Assembly (NCBI GenBank): GCA_050246315.1
Contig: JBFWWG010000002.1
Location: 428,811 to 492,810 of the forward strand
DNA from: Nitrospiraceae bacterium
GTDB taxonomy: Bacteria > Nitrospirota > Nitrospiria > Nitrospirales > Nitrospiraceae
Length of the DNA: 64,000 nucleotides
Reading direction: 5' to 3'
Shown piece after piece: positions 48,965 through 57,592 of this stretch. The notes under the pieces were generated by a model. It saw nothing but the letters and a program-made list of their open reading frames with translations. It searched no databases and was not told the DNA's origin. The position numbers were made by a program, and so were the translations under genes. The number at the start of each line of letters is the position of its first letter. Within the stretch, counting starts at the first letter, position 1.

Positions 48965-49014
48965 CCAGACTACGGATCTGGGGGTTACAGGTTCAAGTCC
49001 TGTCGGGCGCGCCA
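48965..49014 (+). pseudogene. 3' half of tRNA-Arg(ACG), attachment site
   Basis: CCAGA-CTACGGA-TCTGG anticodon arm, ACAGG-TTCAAGT-CCTGT T arm, CGGGCGC-G-CCA; no D arm or 5' acceptor strand upstream. Confidence 0.9.
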
Positions 49015-49075
49015 TTTCAGCCCTCTGAGTCGCAAAGAGGTCCCCTCGCACTTCCGACCCGACGATTCGTCAGCA

Positions 49076-49768
49076 TCACTCCAAACGAAACGTGATACCG
49101 CCGATCGCCGCGTGCATCATCAGATCACTGGACGTGCCCACATTGATGGTGCCGGGTAGCGGTCCGGTGATCGAGAACGGCGCATCAACCTGATAATAGG
49201 TAAAGCGGTATTCGGCAAAAAGACCGATGGTCTTGGTCAACATCAGCGTGGCGCCGGCATTGCCCTTGAAACCGACGCGGGTATCGCTCTGGGATTGATT
49301 CGGTGGATTGAAATTGCTGGTGTCTTTCATTTCTGAAACGAACAGGGCCGGCCCAAGTGCCAATGACGGCTGAATTCGTCCATGTGGAAACTTGTCGCTG
49401 ACCGCCAAGGGCACACGGAGCTTGACCACATCGAAGCCAATGCCGATGGTCCGGATGTCCATCTGGAAGAGTTGTCCAGTGAGCGCCCCGCTTGAAACTT
49501 GCTGGTCTTTGATGTCCGGCTCCATATAGAACACATCGAGGCCCACACCGAAAAAAGGCAATGAGGAGAACCAGTAGCCCGCTCTGGCCCCTCCGGTGAA
49601 TCGGGTATCGGTATCGAGACCATCAAACGTGCCGGCCGCATTGCCGATCTGGACGTCCATATTGATGTTGCCTGTTGTGGCGCCACCGTAGATGTCGAAG
49701 GCCCATTCAGCGGCGACGTGGCCCGGAATGGTGAGGGCCAGGCATATGACGAGCAGCGGGACGATCAT
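49076..49768 (-). CDS. Outer-membrane beta-barrel protein
   Basis: Signal peptide, alternating beta strands (GARAGYWF, GLFAEYRF, GGITFR); AGGAG RBS. Confidence 0.8.
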   Translation of the reverse strand: MIVPLLVICLALTIPGHVAAEWAFDIYGGATTGNINMDVQIGNAAGTFDGLDTDTRFTGGARAGYWFSSLPFFGVGLDVFYMEPDIKDQQVSSGALTGQLFQMDIRTIGIGFDVVKLRVPLAVSDKFPHGRIQPSLALGPALFVSEMKDTSNFNPPNQSQSDTRVGFKGNAGATLMLTKTIGLFAEYRFTYYQVDAPFSITGPLPGTINVGTSSDLMMHAAIGGITFRLE

Positions 49769-50144
49769 GGGCAATCTCCTTTGCGGATGGAACGTGAAGG
49801 TAATCAGGCATTCCCCCTGTTGATGATCGCGATTCGAGCATCTGGACGGCCGGCATGCATTCGAGCTGAACCGGCAGGAACGCATCGAGGTGACGCTATG
49901 CCTAACAGACTATCTTGTCAAGATGGCGGAGAGCGAGGGAGGGCTCTGTTGTCGTCTGAGTCACGGAGGACCGAACGGCCGGTAGTACGGTTCAAGTCCC
50001 TTCCGGCGAGACGTGACCGGTTCTCCATTGTCCACTCGACATTCTACCGGCTCTTACTCCATGAGATCGAATCCCTTGACATCCCCGCGGCCCGCACCTA
50101 AGCTTTGGGCAGATCGCATCGCGCAAAGGAGTCTGGACTTCGTC

Positions 50145-50432
50145 ATGATGAAGCGACGCGCCTGGATCATCCTGGCGGTGGTGTTGATCGGTTCCCTAGC
50201 CGGATGCGGGGGATGGCGAAGCAGCTATCTGAACGATCAGACGGGAAAGGCCGGCAAGGGAACTATCGAGCAGGATCTCGGGAGACCCACACACAAGATC
50301 CCGGAGTCACACGGCATGTCTCAGTGGATCTACCAGGATTGTCCGGTCTATCAAGCCTGCTATGTCTGGGTGCTGATATTTGATCGGAATGACATTCTTC
50401 AGAATTGGGAACGAGCGCCCGCACAATCATGA
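50145..50432 (+). CDS. Small lipoprotein
   Basis: Lipobox LAGC; LG.P...W.Y pattern (SmpA/OmlA-like). Confidence 0.7.
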   Translation: MMKRRAWIILAVVLIGSLAGCGGWRSSYLNDQTGKAGKGTIEQDLGRPTHKIPESHGMSQWIYQDCPVYQACYVWVLIFDRNDILQNWERAPAQS

Positions 50433-50788
50433 TTCGACCACACGTGGCAGATTCACCTCATGACCCGATTCGTTATTCCGTAATTGTGGCCGGGGCCCTC
50501 CTCTTGTTCGCGGTCGGCGGTTGCGGCCCTCAGTCGGTGACTCTCAACAGCGGGACGCGCTCGCCCATGATTCTTCAAGAAAGCGCCTACACGGAATCCG
50601 GTTGCCGCGAGCACCTCACTGACAAAGCCCACGAACTCGGCATGACCTTGCAGTCCGTCTCGGTCAAGGGCTGGTTCTTCGGCGACACGTTATTGTGGCC
50701 GCTCTACAAAGGATACGTGTGTTTCGGCACCGACCGGGATCTTCCGGCCCTGATCGTCGGCTCTCCGACCACCACTTACTACTACTGA
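50429..50788 (+). CDS. Putative lipoprotein
   Basis: Hydrophobic stretch ending VGGC; ATGA overlap with the upstream gene. Confidence 0.6.
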   Translation: MIRPHVADSPHDPIRYSVIVAGALLLFAVGGCGPQSVTLNSGTRSPMILQESAYTESGCREHLTDKAHELGMTLQSVSVKGWFFGDTLLWPLYKGYVCFGTDRDLPALIVGSPTTTYYY

Positions 50789-50884
50789 GTCGGGCCGGTA
50801 CCGGTTCGCCCGGCTGCTCGGCGTCGTTGACCTGCTATCCCCTTCTTGCCCATCTGTGGAGTTTCTGTGTGGCACTGGATCGAC

Positions 50885-51364
50885 ATGATGGTGGGGCATT
50901 GGCGGTTCCTTTGGTGTGCCGCTCTGCTCATCATCATTTGGGTCACCACCGTCCCCGGCAACGTATTCGTGGGTCACTCCCATTGGTTCATCGTCAAGTG
51001 GATTCCGCTTCAGGGTTTCAGATTGTCCTTCGAGTACCTGACCGATCTCGCAGGCAACATCCTCCTGTTCGTTCCGTTAGGGTACTCCCAACTACATCTG
51101 GAATCGCGCCTGGGACGGAGCGGCATCCCAGGAGCCGTGGTTCTCGGCGTGATCCTGTCCCTCTCTGTAGAGTTATTCCAGGTCTATTCGCACGGACGCG
51201 CGCCGTCGGTGACCGATGTCTTGTGCAATGGTGTCGGAGCCTGTATCGGCGCGTTGGCAGCCCGGTGGGAATCGCTTACTTCCATCCCACCACGTCAGAC
51301 CCATGCTCTCGGCGACAGTGATTCACGTACGGCTTGTAAACCTGACTGGGCCGGTGATGGCTGA
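50885..51364 (+). CDS. VanZ-family membrane protein
   Basis: NILLFVPLG, SLSVELFQ, GR.PSVTDVLCN..GA..G. Confidence 0.88.
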   Translation: MMVGHWRFLWCAALLIIIWVTTVPGNVFVGHSHWFIVKWIPLQGFRLSFEYLTDLAGNILLFVPLGYSQLHLESRLGRSGIPGAVVLGVILSLSVELFQVYSHGRAPSVTDVLCNGVGACIGALAARWESLTSIPPRQTHALGDSDSRTACKPDWAGDG

Positions 51365-51402
51365 ACATTGAAGGGAGCAAGCCGTGCGTGGCTCCGCCGG
51401 CC
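51181..51402 (+). repeat. 222-bp imperfect direct repeat, copy 1
   Basis: Ungapped match to 61734-61955 with about 27 mismatches by hand count. Confidence 0.93.
51276..51401 (-). pseudogene. 3' remnant of the glycine-zipper lipoprotein gene
   Basis: Translates AGGATHGLLPSMFSHHRPSQVYKPYVNHCRREHGSDVVGWK*, matching the C-terminus of 61829-62308. Confidence 0.85.
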
Positions 51403-51559
51403 ATCGGTCCATAACTGGAGATCTTTGAACGTGACCCTCACAACCTGAGAGGCACATGTTACACACTTCCCTTACATTCTAAGCCGCGATGACATGCGAA
51501 TCGCACTCTCCAGTCAGAAGGAGATCGGATCCAAGGGAGGGAGACAAACATCCGACGGC

Positions 51560-53005
51560 TTAGTTATCTTGGAGCGGAACTAACAACAGGCCGGAACCTC
51601 CCGGCACAGTCAGAGACAAGCACCCTCGCCTACAGGGATAGGGCCTGTTACTGAACGGATCGACGTAGGCGACCGCACTTTGCCCAAGCACCTTGGTTCC
51701 GAGATTGATGGTCACCGACGCGGGTTGATCCTGGTTATTGAAGAGAAGGACTGTATGGTGCTTCACAGTCTGTCTCAGAAAAACACACAGGTTCTGACGG
51801 GTATCGATCAATATCTCCTGCCAGTCACCCTGGCGTAAGGGCATACATGTTTTTCTGACGGCCACCATTCGCTTCGTGAATTCCATCAGGTCATGGTTCC
51901 ACTTCTCTGGATCCCATTCCATGGCCCGCCGATTGTCCGGATCCCGTCCTCCCGTGAGACCAACTTCGTCGCCGTAGTAGATAATCGGAATCCCCGGATA
52001 GACGAATTGAAACAGCAGCGCGAGCTTCAGACGTTCCCAGTCACCTCGTGCAACCGTGGCGATCCGTTCAGTGTCATGAGAACCCAAAGGATTAGCCATG
52101 ACGATGGTATGATCCCACGGATGGTGATGAACGAGCTTACGAAGCCGTGCCGAGAACGCTCGGACGTCGATCGCACGAGCGATAAAAAAGTCCAGCACGA
52201 TCTCACGAAGGAGATAATTCGTCGCGCCATCGAATTGACCATTTCCAACCCATGGAGCGGCATCGCCCCACACTTCTGCCAACAGATATGCCTCAGGGTT
52301 TTTCTTCCTGACCGCTCTGCATAACTCCTTCCAAAAGGCATGGCCTCGAACCTCACCAACCGCATCCACGCGCCACCCATCTATCCCTTGCCCCATCCAA
52401 TAGTTGGCGACGTCTATGAAGTATCTGCGCGTCTCCGGATTCTGCAGGTTAAGAATCGGCATTACCGGCCGGCCCTGCCATCCTCTATAGTTCGCCGGCC
52501 CTCGACAGAACGGTCTGATGGGAAACCGATCGATATGAAACCATTTCCGATATACCGATCGCGGTCCGTTTTCCAGGACGTCGTAGAAGGGATAGAAGCC
52601 GCGGCCACAGTGATTAAAGACACCGTCGAGGAGCACACGGATTTCACTCGCATGAGCTTTGGCGATAAGTGTCTGGAAGTCCTCCAGTTTTCCCAACCGC
52701 GGATCGATGGTGTAGTAATCAAACGTGTTGTACCGATGATTAGAGGATGAAAGAAAGATCGGTGTCAGATAGATGACGTTCACGCCAAGATCGACCAAGT
52801 AATCCAAACGATCGATAATGCCCTGGAGTGTCCCTCCCATGAAGCCATGCCGCGTGGGTCGCACCGCCCACCGCGCACGTACCGCGGGTTCCCGCAGGTT
52901 GGTTCCCTTAGCGAACCGGTCTGGGAAGATGTGGTAGATCACCGCATCGCGCGCCCATACCGGCGCAGGGCTGAGATCAGCGCCTGTCGACGTTAGTCCG
53001 CGCAT
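51560..53005 (-). CDS. GH13 glycoside hydrolase (neopullulanase/cyclomaltodextrinase-like)
   Basis: YHIFPDRF, DGVFNH, GWRVDAV, AEVW, GSHD, YYGDE; no signal peptide. Confidence 0.92.
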   Translation of the reverse strand: MRGLTSTGADLSPAPVWARDAVIYHIFPDRFAKGTNLREPAVRARWAVRPTRHGFMGGTLQGIIDRLDYLVDLGVNVIYLTPIFLSSSNHRYNTFDYYTIDPRLGKLEDFQTLIAKAHASEIRVLLDGVFNHCGRGFYPFYDVLENGPRSVYRKWFHIDRFPIRPFCRGPANYRGWQGRPVMPILNLQNPETRRYFIDVANYWMGQGIDGWRVDAVGEVRGHAFWKELCRAVRKKNPEAYLLAEVWGDAAPWVGNGQFDGATNYLLREIVLDFFIARAIDVRAFSARLRKLVHHHPWDHTIVMANPLGSHDTERIATVARGDWERLKLALLFQFVYPGIPIIYYGDEVGLTGGRDPDNRRAMEWDPEKWNHDLMEFTKRMVAVRKTCMPLRQGDWQEILIDTRQNLCVFLRQTVKHHTVLLFNNQDQPASVTINLGTKVLGQSAVAYVDPFSNRPYPCRRGCLSLTVPGGSGLLLVPLQDN

Positions 53006-53136
53006 GGTACAGCGAATAGAGAAGAGAGCAGGGCGACCGGACGGCTCAGGGGGCTCGCACCGGAAGCGTGGGGCCCGAACCGCCCTTGAAGTCCAATCTC
53101 GGCGGACACCAGACTGACGATGCCAACAGAATGGAA

Positions 53137-53667
53137 TTAACAGCAGGTCCCAACGCTAGGCGTGCAACATCCGCAGTCGGATCCCATGCCAGCACAGCAA
53201 TCGTGATATGAACAGCACCCTCCGGCACAACAACTTGTCATCTTCGATGAAGAACATGCAGGACAGCCCGGGCACGCACATGCCCCAAAAGATGGTCCCG
53301 CGGCAATCCCTTGCAGCAAACGAGTGCCGGTTAGAAGTCCGGAATTCAACAACTCGACTCCCAACTTCACGGTCGTGGTCAACCGGTCGAATAATGACCC
53401 CCCCGTCTCGGATGGTCCTGGGCTCCAACTAGACGTGGCGAACGGCACCGCTTGACCAGGAATGGATGCCCCGGCGGAATGAGAAAACCCGAACGGCCAC
53501 GGAGCTCTTCCCTCAGGGGGAAATGACCCGAAAGTCGGTCCGGTGGCATGGGCGAACGGAGGCGTCCCGCGTGTCTGTTCGACACGCTTCTTATACTCCT
53601 GAAATTCAGCCTTCGCTTTTTTCTCTTTCTCCTGAGACAAATCTTTTGCAGCCTGACGGGTGGCCAT
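53137..53667 (-). CDS. Protein with amphipathic helix and very Cys-rich tail
   Basis: AGGAG RBS; 15 Cys in the last 47 residues, ends TCC. Confidence 0.75.
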   Translation of the reverse strand: MATRQAAKDLSQEKEKKAKAEFQEYKKRVEQTRGTPPFAHATGPTFGSFPPEGRAPWPFGFSHSAGASIPGQAVPFATSSWSPGPSETGGSLFDRLTTTVKLGVELLNSGLLTGTRLLQGIAAGPSFGACACPGCPACSSSKMTSCCAGGCCSYHDCCAGMGSDCGCCTPSVGTCC

Positions 53668-53696
53668 AGGGTTCTCCTGGGCTCTGTGGTCAATGA

Positions 53697-54329
53697 TCAG
53701 CAACTAAACACTTCACACCATCGAATCCGCGCGGTCATGTTGAGAACCAGCACGGTCACATGCGCGCCAGGCTTGGTGGTGATAATGCCTTCTTTGATCT
53801 GGTACCCATCCTGAGGACCGGCCTGCTTGACCCAGGCGAGTATCGTGTTTTCACTATCCCGTACCAACACAAACACCAGCGCGGGGACATTGGGGGACGG
53901 AATGGTCGGCGTATATTCAATCGAAAGATGCACACAGCAGCCACCCCCGATGAAGGCGTTGCCCATCCCTGCCTTTCCAATCTCAAGAGCTTGATTCCCC
54001 GCCTTCAGGTCGCCGCCTGCTCCCTTTTCCTCCACCTCTTCCATCCCCATCCGGCTGATTATGGGCGCCGCGACCTTCAGATGCTGGAGCATCTCCCCGG
54101 CCTTATCGGTCTTCTGATTGAGCGCGGTGTCGGCTTGCACCAATAACTCCTTGGACTCTTTGCGACACTCACGATGCCAACAACAACACTTGCCGGCGGG
54201 ATGACAGCAGTTCTTACAAAACCCGGATGCGCCAGAATGAGGGAAGGAAAGTGAGCCAAAGGGACCATACGCAATCCCGGGGTAGGACAATGCCGAAGAA
54301 CCGGAATAGAAGGGTCGTCCATGCGTCAT
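53697..54329 (-). CDS. Cys-rich beta-sandwich-like protein, paralog A
   Basis: CKNCC...KCCC; IGG..VHLSIEY.P; ARIRWCEVFSC; strong RBS. Confidence 0.8.
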   Translation of the reverse strand: MTHGRPFYSGSSALSYPGIAYGPFGSLSFPHSGASGFCKNCCHPAGKCCCWHRECRKESKELLVQADTALNQKTDKAGEMLQHLKVAAPIISRMGMEEVEEKGAGGDLKAGNQALEIGKAGMGNAFIGGGCCVHLSIEYTPTIPSPNVPALVFVLVRDSENTILAWVKQAGPQDGYQIKEGIITTKPGAHVTVLVLNMTARIRWCEVFSC

Positions 54330-54359
54330 CTCGTCAACCTTTCCTTTCTTGACTCGGTC

Positions 54360-54827
54360 CTAACAACAGACCCGTTCACACCATCGTAACCGAGCCATTA
54401 CGTCTGTGGCTTCTACGGTCACTTTCGAACCCGGAGCCGCTGCACTGAAATCAGTCTTGACATGATAGCCGCCGGCAATCGGCGTCTCCTGCCAGGTCAC
54501 GGTATTACCCGCAAGCGTCACACTGACTTGAATAGAGGCAGATGTAGCACCTTCCTTCGGGAGGTACTCCAACGTCAGATGGACTGACCCATACCCACCG
54601 ATCAAGGCCTCCTTTGTCGTGACCGTGTTATCGACTACGACTTCCTGAGGCACGAGCATCGGGTAGGTCATGCCGCTCCAGATCCCCGCCTCGGAGGTCG
54701 GGATCAGGACATACGGTACCAGGATGGCGTACATCGCGGGACTCCCTCCACGGCACCCCGGGTATTGAGATGACAAACACGGATGGCAGAGTGCAGGATG
54801 CCACATGGCATAGGGATGATACATCAT
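54360..54827 (-). CDS. Beta-sandwich-like protein, paralog B
   Basis: IGG..VHLTLEY.P; ARLRWCERVCC; ATGA coupling with the upstream gene. Confidence 0.8.
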   Translation of the reverse strand: MMYHPYAMWHPALCHPCLSSQYPGCRGGSPAMYAILVPYVLIPTSEAGIWSGMTYPMLVPQEVVVDNTVTTKEALIGGYGSVHLTLEYLPKEGATSASIQVSVTLAGNTVTWQETPIAGGYHVKTDFSAAAPGSKVTVEATDVMARLRWCERVCC

Positions 54828-55021
54828 GTGTCTCCTTGGTTAGATGGCGACGATTCCTTAGTCAGCTCCTTAGTGATTTTCAGCGCATCCTCGACGATCT
54901 GGAAGCCGCCATTCACAAACGAGGTAATCAGATCGGCAAACTGTTTGGGAATTTGATTGTCGAGGATCTGTGTAGACGTTTGGTTGATCAGTTTCGTGAC
55001 TTGTCCAAGTACTGTGGCCAT
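54824..55021 (-). CDS. 65-aa amphipathic helical protein
   Basis: AGGAAAGGA RBS; coupled to the downstream gene. Confidence 0.7.
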   Translation of the reverse strand: MATVLGQVTKLINQTSTQILDNQIPKQFADLITSFVNGGFQIVEDALKITKELTKESSPSNQGDT

Positions 55022-55063
55022 ACATGCATCCTTTCCTATATTGATGCGGACACGCTCACGGGC

Positions 55064-56527
55064 TCAATTCCGCGAGAACGTCTCCGCATGCTGGGAGGCG
55101 CGACCCGAGGTACACCCACCCAGATGACCGTCGAGAAGCTGGACACCCTTGGTCAGGACTTCGAGGCCCCAATTGAAACTTTGCAGAGGCTCCAAGGCCA
55201 TACGTCCTGAGGCCTTTGCCATACTATTGAACGCCGAGACCGTGAGATCGAGCGGACCCATCATGCCACGCTCCTCAAGCTGTAGGATCGCCCCCCAGGC
55301 CGTTGGATCTCGTGGAAGCGCATGAAACAAGGCTTTGGGCACCAGGCAGGCGCTCTGGGAAATCACTCCGCTGAACACGCCACTGCAAAATTCTTGAAAC
55401 TGCCGATCTCGCATGGTGAGCCGCGCGATATTCTTGAGTACGAACAAACAAAATTCTTTCAGATTTGGATTCTTGGCAATCGAGAGAAACAATTCGGCGG
55501 TGCGCCAATCCAACTCGAATTGCTTTTCCCATTGCTCCTGGTACCATCGGAGCGTCTCGACGGAACAATCCCCGATTGAGACCGCGCGGCGCGCCGCCTC
55601 GGAGGCCCAATAGGCGCTTTCCATCGCTTTGTGAATTCCTCCCCCGTTCAGAGGATCGGCCTGATTCGCCGCATCGCCGATAAGCATGATTCGATCGGCC
55701 ACGATCCGATTCGGCTTATAAAACGCCACAGCCCCGCCGGAGACGCCGCCGCACTGAGAGGCCTCCCCTAACAAGTCGGCCAAGTCGTCTTTGAGGAAGG
55801 CTTGAAACGTCTCCTTGAGGTTTTGAATCACAGGAAAGGTCTTGTCAAACGCATACCCCAGCCCGATATTGGCGAAGCCTTCGTCATCGACGAATACCCA
55901 TCCGTAACCCGGGAAGAAGCGCTCGTCGAAATAGACCTTGATCTGTGATCCCTGATATTTCACATTGCGGTAATACGTGCGCAAGGAAAGTGCGGTCGCC
56001 CCGTCCCTGAGCACATTGCCGATCGAGCGGGACACGACCGAGCTCACTCCATCGGCACCAATGACCATCCTGCCTCTGAAGTCGACCTGCTTGTTGCCGC
56101 TGTCCACGGTAACAACGACTGAGTCGGACTGATGCACAATTCCGCGGACGGGACAGTTTGGCTCAAAGCGGGCTCCTGAGGCCATCGCATTGTTCACTAG
56201 AATATGATCGAAACGCCGCCGATCGAGGAGAATACAGAAATCGGGGTACTTGGTATTCGGAGGAAAACCGCCGGTCAGGACCAGCTCTCGGTTGATATAG
56301 AGATCGCAGCGCTTGATGCAGGATTTCGTATGGTCGAGGACTTCATCGACACAGCCCAGCAGGTCGAGCCAATAGATCGTCTGCGGGGTAAGACCGTCGC
56401 CGCAGACTTTGTCCCTTGGAAAGTCGGCGCGATCGAGCAGAAGAGTCGAAAGCCCCTTCCGCGCCGCGAACGCAGCGGCGCTGCTGCCGCCTGGACCCGC
56501 TCCAACCACGATGACATCGTACATCAT
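55064..56527 (-). CDS. Geranylgeranyl-reductase-family FAD oxidoreductase with C-terminal extension
   Basis: VGAGPGG, FPRDKVCGDG, GADG, PGYGWVF, IGDAA, PLNGGGI. Confidence 0.9.
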   Translation of the reverse strand: MMYDVIVVGAGPGGSSAAAFAARKGLSTLLLDRADFPRDKVCGDGLTPQTIYWLDLLGCVDEVLDHTKSCIKRCDLYINRELVLTGGFPPNTKYPDFCILLDRRRFDHILVNNAMASGARFEPNCPVRGIVHQSDSVVVTVDSGNKQVDFRGRMVIGADGVSSVVSRSIGNVLRDGATALSLRTYYRNVKYQGSQIKVYFDERFFPGYGWVFVDDEGFANIGLGYAFDKTFPVIQNLKETFQAFLKDDLADLLGEASQCGGVSGGAVAFYKPNRIVADRIMLIGDAANQADPLNGGGIHKAMESAYWASEAARRAVSIGDCSVETLRWYQEQWEKQFELDWRTAELFLSIAKNPNLKEFCLFVLKNIARLTMRDRQFQEFCSGVFSGVISQSACLVPKALFHALPRDPTAWGAILQLEERGMMGPLDLTVSAFNSMAKASGRMALEPLQSFNWGLEVLTKGVQLLDGHLGGCTSGRASQHAETFSRN

Positions 56528-56585
56528 AGCGGACGACCATCCGCGAACTGTGCTGTTTGGCCTTCGTTACCCGGCATCCTTGCCG

Positions 56586-57326
56586 TTACAAGCCCGGGGG
56601 CACCACAAGAAGTTTCACGGGAATTTCGAATGCCTGGTCTGAGACAACGATCACTTTCCCATGATACACATCAGAAGGAATACCCTGAGGCACCTCACCT
56701 CTTAACACAAATTTCTCGAAATCCATGGGTGCGATAGTCTTCGCGTTGGGTTTCACGATAAACCCTGTACAGGAAAACTTGGTTCCACTCACCTGACCGA
56801 CAAAACCATCAAGTTCCAACCTGACTTGCCGTGCCGCGCTGGGCGAATCGTTATTGATCGAAAACGACACCTGCGTACGTTGCCCCGGTGTCACAGGTAA
56901 TCGATTCGCGATGCAATAGCTCTCTTCAGCCGCTCCCGCCGGATCTTGGGATGATCGTCCAGCCGCCGTTGGTTCAGGTCCATCCCCGTGGTAGCCCGGT
57001 TGAGGTTGAGCGCTCGGCTGAGGACGATCACTGGCAGATGCCAGAATCGATTCTTGGACCATCGAGCCAAACCGATTAATCAGCGTCAGGCCCAGGCTCA
57101 GTCCCGCTTCGGCAAGATCTAATCCTTTCGCCAACGTCGCGCCGAGTTGGTCAGCCCTATTTAGGAGCGGGGTCCTCGGCGGCTCCTGCGAGGCGTGAGG
57201 TTGGCGTTTCTTGCTGGTTGCCCGCGGTCGCCTACCCGCCGCCTGTCCGCCTTTTCGGTAACCAGCCGGCTTGGCTTCTGTTTTCGCCGTCTTTTCCATC
57301 GATCTTTCCGCGTTGCTATCCGTCAT
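56586..57326 (-). CDS. Protein with amphipathic helix and C-terminal Ig-like domain
   Basis: ATGA overlap with the upstream gene; PG....VSFSINND...I.P.DFEK...Y.G.V.V. Confidence 0.7.
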   Translation of the reverse strand: MTDSNAERSMEKTAKTEAKPAGYRKGGQAAGRRPRATSKKRQPHASQEPPRTPLLNRADQLGATLAKGLDLAEAGLSLGLTLINRFGSMVQESILASASDRPQPSAQPQPGYHGDGPEPTAAGRSSQDPAGAAEESYCIANRLPVTPGQRTQVSFSINNDSPSAARQVRLELDGFVGQVSGTKFSCTGFIVKPNAKTIAPMDFEKFVLRGEVPQGIPSDVYHGKVIVVSDQAFEIPVKLLVVPPGL

Positions 57327-57589
57327 CGACAACATCCGCACCAAGAGCAAGACGGCTTACAGGTAACGGTGCAATGGTGATAAATGGCAGGACCGCAACC
57401 ATGGCACGGGCCATGAGCGCCTCCGGAATCCCAATGCCCGCGTCCTGGTATAACGCTTCCGATTATGCGTCCGACCAACCATACCCCTGTATGTACCGCG
57501 CTCAATGCCAATCCCATCGTCTGACCTAATGCGTCGACAAGTCCCTGTCCATGACACCCAAGGTCGTGAGCTGAATGTCGATGCCTCAT
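57323..57589 (-). CDS. Small His/Cys-rich protein
   Basis: GGGGAG RBS; tail PCHGC...HHCTVTCKPSCSWCGCCR. Confidence 0.65.
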   Translation of the reverse strand: MRHRHSAHDLGCHGQGLVDALGQTMGLALSAVHTGVWLVGRIIGSVIPGRGHWDSGGAHGPCHGCGPAIYHHCTVTCKPSCSWCGCCR

Positions 57590-57592
57590 GGA

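Larger units (their letters stand above)
1..49014. mobile_element. Integrative conjugative element with F-type T4SS; left end outside the window
   Basis: tra operon, coupling protein, excisionase plus integrase, tRNA 3' fragment at the right boundary. Confidence 0.88.

Noticed and set aside
48940..49014. Functional tRNA-Arg
   Set aside because: D arm and 5' acceptor strand are missing; treated as an att remnant
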